The position numbers were made by a program, and so were the translations under genes. From Tubulanus polymorphus (Eukaryota > Animalia > Nemertea): a DNA stretch of 64,000 nt. The stretch covers positions 23,656,150-23,720,149 of the forward strand of contig NC_134026.1 in assembly GCF_964204645.1 (NCBI RefSeq). The letters run 5' to 3'. Positions 57,201 through 64,000 of the stretch are shown in pieces. Position 1 is the stretch's first letter, and each line of letters opens with the position of its first letter. The notes below the pieces were generated by a model, which was given only the letters and a program-made list of their open reading frames with translations, was not told where the DNA came from and ran no database searches.

Positions 57201-57800
57201 GGATGTATTGATATCGATACCAGCGGATCTGATCAATTTCACATTAAAGAAAGATATCAATAATTATATCATATTTCAAAGAATGCGGTTTTAACATTTT
57301 CTAGTTTTACGAAGAGAGACAGTTACTGCCTGGATCATCGATTGCTCTTGTTTGAACATTGAAACGGTTTAAAACTTATCAACTCGAGAGTGTTCAATTG
57401 AAAAAGCAAAGTCGGAACATAAACAATGAATACATTGTTCATATAACGCCGTATTGAACTGGTATAAATGCCCTGAAGTTACCCAGATCAGGTTGAGCCC
57501 CACCCTCCAGTAAGTAATACTGTAACACATCTGTTGATAGCGAGTACTCAAGCACGTGTGCACGTATCACTAATTTCCAATGAGACCTTAATCCTAATCC
57601 ACTTGGCGTGGAACCATTTTCAAAATTACCTTTCTGTCAAGTCGACAGTCAGATAGATACAAGTACGATAGCAATAGATGCATACAACAAAATTTGATGA
57701 CACGATAAGACAACATACAAACACAATACAACATCAAAAAGTAAGAAAAATCATTCACCATTCCTACCGGCGGCGTTTGGGTCGCACTCTCCATAAGCAT
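62..57800 (-). CDS. TIA1/TIAL1: TIA-1/TIAR (nucleolysin)-family RNA-binding protein gene, spliced model. Core exons: 26611-26668, 17774-17861, 9930-10005, 8662-8770, 5561-5656, 4074-4297, 3594-3668, 479-681, 62-185. The 5' end comes from either 43225-43269 (365 aa) or 57759-57800 + 51201-51251 (381 aa).
   Basis: Exons join in frame with GT-AG ends and matching phases. The translation contains family-diagnostic segments [71 protein letters not shown] and a Q/Y/G-rich tail. The 5' exons are inferred; canonical RRM1 exons may lie beyond the window end. Confidence 0.93.
479..681 (-). CDS. TIA1/TIAL1: TIA-1/TIAR prion-like-domain exon QQNGISLLQQSAFAASQVQYGAGYYGANVYW...YPVTAAY
   Basis: Acceptor catcatag at 682 with an upstream pyrimidine tract, donor gtaagt at 478-473, 203 nt (phase 0 to 2). 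Overlaps ORF 475..663. Confidence 0.9.
3594..3668 (-). CDS. TIA1/TIAL1: Probable cassette exon SPEHQHFYYNHHQNQNQNRSSHQSE at the start of the prion-like domain
   Basis: Acceptor tatttcccag at 3669, donor GAG|gtaatt at 3593, 75 nt, phase 0-0, no stop codon, Q/N/H/Y-rich. Confidence 0.7.
4074..4297 (-). CDS. TIA1/TIAL1: TIA-1/TIAR RRM3 exon (E)[29 protein letters not shown]...VKCSWGRESGDPNNAANQQQQQQ
   Basis: Acceptor tttttcag at 4298, donor gtatgt at 4073, 224 nt (phase 1 to 0). Contains RNP1 KGYAFIRF. Confidence 0.96.
5238..5329. repeat. 30-bp tandem repeat x3 (ctagcactagttagaccagtctaaatgagt) inside a MITE-like fragment
   Basis: Three adjacent copies with one substitution. Preceded by taaagcctcgttcacac, which resembles a PIF/Harbinger-type terminus. 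Confidence 0.9.
5561..5656 (-). CDS. TIA1/TIAL1: TIA-1/TIAR linker/RRM3 start exon (A)PKSESEVYKQSSPTNSTVYCGGFDPKCVNLS
   Basis: Acceptor ctctattacag at 5657, donor CAG|gtatga at 5560, 96 nt (phase 1-1). QSSP..TVYCGG motif is characteristic of the family. Confidence 0.95.
8662..8770 (-). CDS. TIA1/TIAL1: TIA-1/TIAR RRM2 C-terminal exon [36 protein letters not shown]
   Basis: Acceptor ttttgcag at 8771, donor gtatgt at 8661, 109 nt (phase 0 to 1). Confidence 0.96.
9930..10005 (-). CDS. TIA1/TIAL1: TIA-1/TIAR RRM2 RNP1 exon (S)[25 protein letters not shown]
   Basis: Acceptor gtcttttag at 10006, donor gtaagt at 9929, 76 nt (phase 2 to 0). Contains RNP1 KGYGFVSF. Confidence 0.96.
11066..11155 (-). 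other. Candidate alternative (poison or internal-start) exon in the RRM2 intron
   Basis: Acceptor ttttgtttctttactgttcag at 11156, weak donor TAT|gtatgc at 11065 followed by about 45 nt of U-rich sequence. 90 nt long; in the gene's frame the first full codon is TGA. Confidence 0.6.
12199..12274. repeat. (AT)n microsatellite, 38 units
   Basis: Read directly from the sequence. Confidence 0.98.
17774..17861 (-). CDS. TIA1/TIAL1: TIA-1/TIAR RRM2 RNP2 exon (K)[28 protein letters not shown](S)
   Basis: Acceptor ctctattttcag at 17862, donor gtaagt at 17773, 88 nt (phase 1 to 2). Contains RNP2 IFVGDL. Confidence 0.96.
21011..21445. mobile_element. Decayed hAT-like MITE
   Basis: Imperfect TIRs aggttgtcaagtggtcct / agggcccgcttgatagccg, aagtat on both flanks, and repeated internal tagggaaa-type motifs. 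Confidence 0.5.
23050..23064. repeat. G15 homopolymer (G-quadruplex-capable)
   Basis: 15 consecutive G residues in AT-rich context. Confidence 0.9.
26611..26668 (-). CDS. TIA1/TIAL1: TIA-1/TIAR exon [19 protein letters not shown] (last beta-strand of RRM1 plus linker)
   Basis: Acceptor gttcgtttcag at 26669, donor gtaagt at 26610, 58 nt (phase 0 to 1). Matches human EVKVNWATTPSSQKKDTS. Confidence 0.94.
30775..31037. mobile_element. Penelope-like retroelement fragment: inverted terminal repeat with hammerhead-ribozyme cores and 13-bp TSD
   Basis: About 95-bp inverted arms spanning 30786-30989. Each arm carries CTGATGA-T-GAGGTT..AACCTY-GAA(A)C-T-GTA-AGG-C-AATAAA. Direct repeat agagaataagggt at 30775-30787 and 31025-31037. 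Confidence 0.7.
31320..31652. mobile_element. Decayed Harbinger-like MITE, related to the element at about 5223-5400
   Basis: Shares atttagaactgRccaaa and cattctaaat motifs with 5347-5380. Degenerate TIRs tccacattcgcacta / tagagcgaaccgtggc. Confidence 0.45.
32171..32370 (-). repeat. Dispersed repeat copy A (inverted relative to 60596-60793)
   Basis: Its reverse complement aligns by eye over about 200 bp with 60596-60793, including agggggtttgatttYgaaatcggaaatcgaagtacagata. Confidence 0.85.
35018..35320. mobile_element. MITE with about 22-bp imperfect TIRs (Harbinger/Tourist-like)
   Basis: gcagcgatcacaatgagacgattt ... aaatttctcatctgatcactgc, preceded by TAA. The termini resemble those of 55934-56201. 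Confidence 0.6.
42284..42317. repeat. Interrupted (AT)n microsatellite
   Basis: Read directly from the sequence. Confidence 0.9.
43225..43269 (-). CDS. TIA1/TIAL1: Candidate alternative first coding exon MLTLMTLGYPVVQRP
   Basis: ATG at 43269, donor CCG|gttagt at 43224, phase 0 compatible with exon 26668. A TCAGTT initiator lies about 100 nt upstream, with a (CA)-rich leader. Confidence 0.62.
43368..43373 (-). promoter_or_regulatory. Initiator-like TCAGTT, putative transcription start of the proximal promoter
   Basis: Exact TCAGTY initiator consensus directly upstream of the candidate first exon. A short motif, so position is the only support. Confidence 0.4.
44413..44846. mobile_element. 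Harbinger/Tourist-like MITE
   Basis: Imperfect TIRs agcccagcgtacact / tatgtacgccaggcct, with a GC-richer interior than the flanks. Confidence 0.55.
45519..45735. mobile_element. hAT-like MITE
   Basis: TIRs cagggctgccaac / gttagcagctctg (11 of 13 match) and repeated internal agtaaca. An 8-bp TSD is not preserved. Confidence 0.6.
49866..50208. mobile_element. Foldback/MITE-like inverted repeat
   Basis: Core arms ctgctagtaatcttgtgttttgatcagcgccctca (from 49908) and tgaggacgctgatcagaacacaagattactagcag (to 50149), with degenerate extension to ccatagaa / ttctatgg. Confidence 0.7.
51201..51251 (-). CDS. TIA1/TIAL1: Candidate 51-nt in-frame exon VSVQVLPAPLPMYGVRP beginning with a regenerable 5' splice site
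   Basis: ctttttctcattttag|GTAAGT at 51252/51251, donor CCG|gtaagt at 51200, 17 open codons, phase 0-0. Confidence 0.62.
51458..51479. repeat. Short (AT)n microsatellite
   Basis: Read directly from the sequence. Confidence 0.9.
55895..56238. mobile_element. MITE-like element with nested inverted repeats, flanked by an about 33-bp direct repeat
   Basis: 14-bp perfect IR ggatcaggcccgag (55971-55984) / ctcgggcctgatcc (56131-56144), central 20-bp palindrome at 56045-56064, and flanking aatgttacttccaag.ttt.aagctgaat twice. Confidence 0.65.
57759..57800 (-). CDS. TIA1/TIAL1: Candidate distal first coding exon MLMESATQTPPVGM
   Basis: GCCAAC-ATG context at 57800. Donor ATG|gtgaat at 57758 followed by a U/GU-rich tract; alternative phase-0 donor CCG|gtagga at 57767. 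Two CCAAT boxes upstream. Confidence 0.5.
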
Positions 57801-58011
57801 GTTGGCGTAGTACGGTGTACGAAAGGAATTATAGTCCACTCTGCTCGTTGTATTAATGATAAAATATTGTTTATAATACTAATAGCCGGGCACTTGTTTG
57901 TACACTAACGCAAGTTGGTAGGAAAAACGAAAACAGTGAAATAATGCCACTGTATGTGCTCGGTTACACTTAGTTTACCACGCGAAACATCAATAAAATA
58001 TCAGCTACCAG

Positions 58012-58047
58012 CGATTGGTTGGAAGCAACCTGCAGCGTCGATTGGTT
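58012..58047 (-). promoter_or_regulatory. Paired CCAAT boxes, putative distal promoter
   Basis: cgattggtt occurs twice on the plus strand (ATTGG at 58014-58018 and 58041-58045), about 215-245 nt upstream of the ATG at 57800. Confidence 0.4.
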
Positions 58048-59418
58048 ACTGGGATGTGTCACAATGTATGTGATGTATAAACTCAGAGGCACCAACACAG
58101 CGCGCAAAGTCAAGCTTAATTTTCAAATATCCGCCGAGTTGTGTCGAAGATCGGCGTATGGCTTTCGCCGCGGAAGTCAGCTACACGTGGCATTGTGCGG
58201 TCAACTTTTAACGGCCATAATGATCCGATGTTTGTGAGACAAAAACCCGAGCTGGCCGCGCAATTCAAATGTAACTGCGACTAAAAGCCGACAACTTCCT
58301 TCCAAATAAATTGGATCGCGACACCACTTCATAAGTCCACTTTGTCAATGGCTGTTTCACGTAATCGCATTATTGCATTACAGCAACTCATAGTAAGTAA
58401 TAGAATCTCATAACTGGCACAAAACCTGCTTCAATACAGAGCAAACAAACGATCAAACATTACAAAAAGCTTTCCATTAAACATGACAATAACTTCGTTT
58501 TTTTTGATAGAAAAACTTAATTAGATCTTGAAAATAACCGAAACTCAGCAAGCAGCCCGATCAAATTGACACATCATGACACAAATTTTTTCGAAGGGAA
58601 AAAATTATTCCGACCCTGCCCTAGCAATTGATTCAGACAACTGCAGTGTTCTTCCCTGGCTGTCCGGAGAGAATACATGATTGTATCGACCATATTTTTT
58701 TCTGACGCATCACTAATGCTAATCGCTTAACATTTCCTCATCATCAACTGAATCAATGTACAAATTAGCGAGAAGAATTCCGGGAACAAAGAGGTGAATG
58801 TCTTTTCCAATCTATTTTGATGTTCGATCGATATGATTATACATTTTAGAAATCTCGTTCGTCAATTAATAACAACGACGCGTGAATGTACATCAGGACA
58901 TCATACATTTCAATATGAGTTCTCGCTTTTAAGAACCAATATAATATTACTCTGATGACGCAGGCAACCTTGAGCACTCGCGACAACGTCTCTCGGACAT
59001 ATTCTAATCAAGAACAACTTGACGATTGTCATTAAGAAAAAAAAAACTTTCGACCTCATTTTGATATTTCCTAATAACTTGTCAAGAAACACGAAGAAAG
59101 ACAACACACATTTAATATTTAAAGATAATTTCCCATTCGAGCGATATTTGTTGTCATTTAGAAATGCGAAAAGGATTAGGAACCCGGCGAGCTCATTCAT
59201 ATTTGATGACCATCGCTACAGTTGAAGGAAGATGCCAAATTTATATCATCTCTCACCCCTCCAGTTAGTGCTTAGATTTGATGTGAATCCAACAGGGAAT
59301 TAGATATTACGTACCAAAACTATTCTTTACCACTTCAGAGACAAAACTGAAGTTCATTGTTTTTATTTTCAAACAGCAATATTTCATACAGACTGAAATT
59401 TCGATTTTTCTTGTTTTG

Positions 59419-59546
<128 letters not shown>

Positions 59547-60595
59547 ATACCAGTAATTATGAGAATGAATAAACAAATAAGGAACAAGAATTAAATCTCA
59601 CCCCAGTGACCAATAGAACTTATCTATCGGGCTAATGATCATTGCTCGAAATTTATCATTGACAAATCATTGTTTGAAGGGTTTGTAACAAATCCATCTC
59701 ATTAATGACTTCTCTCATTTGTTTGATGATTGTTTCATCCCTGGCCACATGTTTGACCTTTTAAAAATCGGCTAGTTGGTTGTTTCCTATACTGCCGAGG
59801 GTATTCCAGTGACGAATGTGACCTTTTCAAATATCAAATATAGCTGCAAAGCTGCAATAACGCGTTTTCTGAAACATATCATGTTATATGGAAGCAATAA
59901 AACTTCATTGAATTGATTTGTTTGAATCGTGGTCTGTTTCCCGCCATTTATCCATGACCACAAGAACAGGACTCATTCACCACAATGGCAGTCGATTCAG
60001 CCCGGCTTAATTTACTTAAATCAAACACTATGGAGCCAATTTATACACATGAATTGCAAAATTTGGTTGTTTCAATTTGTTGGCGACTTTGAATACCCGG
60101 GCGATTTTCTTTCTGTAGCTTTGAAGCCCTAAATCCTTATTGTATTGATTATCACGCCCCGCCCTATGTCTATATACTTTTTAAGCAAAAACAGTCAAGA
60201 AAAGAGAAAAATGTGTAATGATAATAACCTAAGGTATGACGATAGCGTTATATATGAAGTAGCAGAGAACCCTAATGAGAAATTTGTGCAAAATATCTTT
60301 ACCAATACAGGTATAACTAGCCTTAGGAAGATTTCAGCTCTTTACAAACACATTACACTAAGCCCTCAACTAACTACACATCTACAAAGCTCTAATCAGT
60401 TTAATTCAATAGCATCAATTTCAATTAATTGATTGAATATGCAAAACTAACTTATATTTATATTCAGTGCTGAGTTTGTATCACATGAGGTGAAATTGAA
60501 AATCTAATTCAATTAATTTTTGATCTTAAAATAGGGATTGTCCCCATTATTTATTTATTTGGCTGGTAAATTTTGTTTGATTTTTCGATTGAGTG

Positions 60596-60793
60596 TCCCT
60601 TACAGACCCACCACACCTGCCGGGAGCGAAACAGGGGGTTTGATTTCGAAATCGGAAATCGAAGTACAGATATAGATGTGTGATCGGCGGTCGAGTTAAC
60701 AGAATATTTTAAAATCGAAGTACATAATTGGAAATTCGGTTCCGGTTCATCCAAACAATCTTCCATTCAGTCTGAACCGGCAAGCGACTGATT
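60596..60793 (+). repeat. Dispersed repeat copy B (inverted relative to 32171-32370)
   Basis: Aligns by eye with the reverse complement of copy A over about 200 bp. Confidence 0.85.
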
Positions 60794-62512
60794 GGGATGA
60801 ATTTTTCTGGCTGCCTAATTTAATACAATGAGATTCTGGAAATAGCTATATTACAAGATCATTTTGTCCATTTTTATATTTTTTTGGTCGTTTTCTACGT
60901 GTAAATAGTCCGATAGTTTATTGTGGTTTTTTTAAACAGTTACAGTATTTAAGTATGCATAATTGTGACCATATTGTAAATTGAGATATCGGATAGTCAT
61001 CTTAGAAGGCAGGGAAAGTTGAGACAACAAACATCTGTTGTAAAGTCCATACATAGAAACTGACTGTTCGGATAATGACTCCAGCGCATGAAAACGAGGC
61101 AGTCTCTTTCGACGAGCACTCATCCCATTTTGTCTTGCTACAAATCTAGTAGATCTTGTTAGAGAGCACTTGCAACGTATCAACTCATTTCGGCATTGTC
61201 AGCCCCGAATGGCCAAGTCCAATTCCATTTGTGAATATCGGGGATTAACTGCTTGTGATGTGTCTCTAAGATGTTTTATATCCTGAGAGCATGGACAATA
61301 TTGCCTAATTGCCCGATTGTTCATCCTTAATTAAGCAAACTACCGGTCAGTTGCTGCGTTAGCTCTTGTGGGGTGTAATTTTTGCTCATTACGCGTAGCT
61401 AGCTTACAACATGAAATGACACTCCGAGGAACGGCGGGATAGATCCCAGAGTCTGATACAGAAACCAGCCATCCACGAAGGACTGATATGCCAGTTTGAT
61501 TCGGCAAAAATATGCGGTTACAGTCCAATTATGTAGGGACGTCATTTTTACGATATCACCGGATGGAGGGTTACCAAGGTCACTTCTGAATTCGATAACG
61601 ATGCGTTTGATTAATGCGTTTGATCAACTGACCAGCAAAATCAGAACCGAACTGCGGTCTATGTGGTGGTCATCTATGTGGTGGTCATCGGAGTTTTCGA
61701 TTACTTGCACTTTTTATCGACATATGGTTTGCTATGGCAACATTTCGTTCCAGTACAATGCAAGGAAGTGTTTTTCATGTTTCAGAATTTCATTGAAACA
61801 ATTGAAATCAACTGGCTGCATGCTAAAATCATCGCTTATCGTCAACATAATTAAGCTTAATTACAGAGTCGACATTGTCTGGTAATATCACAGAAGGGAG
61901 TTACACTGGCAGGTAGCGTTACCTCTTCAGTAACTGTTTAAGTGACATGGAGAGACAGTATGTCGGTTGATGGAGACCTCTAGAAACAAACTACTTGCAG
62001 TGACAGCAACCAGAACGCAGGTGAATAATTATGTTTGTTCAATTTTAAAGAATGTGGCATAGATAAACTCAACACAAAAACTTAATTAACAACCGAAGCA
62101 ATGACACATTTACTTAAACTCGAGAACCTGCCTCAAATAACAGTTTTAAGTACCGCCAGCAGCTTGGTTGGGCCGATGAAAATTATAGTTGCCGATCAGG
62201 ATGAAACATCTTTCATTGACCATTGCAATGGTCAAGCAGTGATTAATTTCAGCAAAGCATGCAATCATCCTTTAACGTGGTCGAGATACAAAAATGCGGC
62301 TATAAAGTCGCAGCCGGAGAACATAACAACAGTCATTACACCAATGATCATAACATACTGCATGTGGTATCACCCAATTACACAATCAAGCAATCCCTTT
62401 AGGACAGAATTCCAGCTGAACTATACAGACCTAATTCCCAAGTCCCCGCCTTAATCTAAATGGATTTCTCCTTCATACATCGGCCATTGCCATTGCGCAG
62501 CAATATCATCAA

Positions 62513-63180
62513 CTCAATGCATATGCGAATATTCGTTATGATATTTTCAATCATCGAAGGGGAAAAAATTCATGAAATAATGAATGACTCAATTGCATGA
62601 GACGAAGCTTTTCATTCGATTGTTTTCAACAGGTAGAAATATGAATCGAGGCTCTTCAGATATCGGTTAAATATCACGATATATTAGAATATGATTCAAG
62701 GTGGCTAGTTGTGTGGTAATGCTTAGTATATTGCATGAGAAAGTGTACCAGTTATAAATCGCCGGTTATATATCTCGAACCCGACGAGCATCCAGGCGAC
62801 CGATTTTAACGGCAAGTTCATTCCCGCATACTTAGTAAATCTTGTAAATCTCAATGCATATGCGAATATTCGTTATGATATTTTCAATCATCGAAGGGGA
62901 AAAAATTCATGAAATAATGAATGACTCAATTGCATGAGACGAAGCTTTTCACTCGATTGTTTTCAACAGGTAGAAATATGAATCGAGGCTCTTCAGATAT
63001 CGGTTAAATATCACGATATATTAGAATATGATTCAAGGTGGCTAGTTGTGTGGTAATGCTTAGTATATTGCATGAGAAAGTGTACCAGTTATAAATCGCC
63101 GGTTATATATCTCGAACCCGACGAGCATCCAGGCGACCGATTTTAACGGCAAGTTCATTCCCGCATACTTAGTAAATCTT
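62513..63180. repeat. Near-perfect 331-bp tandem duplication with a 6-bp junction insert
   Basis: 62513-62843 equals 62850-63180 except for one T/C difference that I could see (62615 vs 62952). The spacer is gtaaat. Confidence 0.95.
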
Positions 63181-64000
63181 CCGCACCGACCATAAACTGT
63201 CAAGTGCAGCGTTTAGCTCGGACGTTGTGATGGCCAGACTGCAGCGCAATAATTTGTCACTTGGTTTACACAGTCTGTGTACAAAGTGTAATTTGGCTGT
63301 GAACAACCCTCTTAAGGCACTGGTCAGTAGTTTAGATGCAAACTAATCAATGAACAAATGCGCCACAAACTTTTGCGGTGGCTGAGTTACTGCCAAAGCA
63401 TTGTGATTATGATGAATGAGGCAATGGTCAAGGGAGTCATTTCTAGATATTCAATGTCCCAAAGTAGCCTAGAAAATAGCCACTAGTTAGACTTATCCAT
63501 TTCGATCTTTTACCAGTGATAAATTATCATTTAGCGTAAGATGCATTTGCTCAGTATAAGATGTTTTGTCTATTTTTTATATAAGATAAAGGATATTGAA
63601 GCCTTAGAGGTCTGGTCTCCTCACAATCACTGACTACGGCATTAGTTTCGAGAAGTGGTTTTTTGTTTCCATCAATTTTCTATCGAAACGTAGCTGAAAC
63701 TTTTTTTACAAACCATTTCTTCAAATTTGAAGAAAAGACTAGTTACATAATATAGGTACTTTGGACTCTACGTCTCATTCTTCATCATGCAATATCGTGT
63801 TTGAGAGAATGTAAAACAACGAAAGCATCGGCTTCGCGATAAACACACATTTTTTCACCATCAGCAGAAATTCAATCTTTTATGCTTATTGTAGCGCACG
63901 CACCACACCCATAGTCTAGATGCTGTCTGACATCAATTAACTCGGCAATAAATTGTGTTCCAGACGAAATTATTTTACTCCATAACATCGTCGAAAAAAT

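Overview
This is AT-rich eukaryotic genomic DNA, most likely from an invertebrate animal; it is not prokaryotic, and I see no operon, CRISPR array or defence system. Almost the whole window is one minus-strand TIA-1/TIAR-family RNA-binding protein gene with very long introns. Nine internal and terminal coding exons join in frame by hand through canonical GT-AG sites (26668 down to the stop at 62). They encode the last strand of RRM1, all of RRM2 and RRM3, and a Q/Y/G/N-rich prion-like tail. I could not find the canonical RRM1 exons; instead there are two candidate alternative first exons (57800 and 43269). The most interesting signals are in the splicing architecture. (1) A 51-nt in-frame exon whose acceptor is immediately followed by GTAAGT (recursive-splicing signature). 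(2) A 90-nt stop-containing exon in an RRM2 intron with a weak donor, a U-rich tract, an overlapping AATAAA and an in-frame restart ATG (candidate autoregulatory switch). (3) A 75-nt prion-domain cassette with a long AG-free zone. The introns also contain MITE-like elements, a Penelope-like inverted fragment with hammerhead-ribozyme cores and a 13-bp target-site duplication, and microsatellites. A near-perfect 331-bp tandem duplication lies upstream of the distal candidate first exon. Everything was read by eye; no searches or folding were run.
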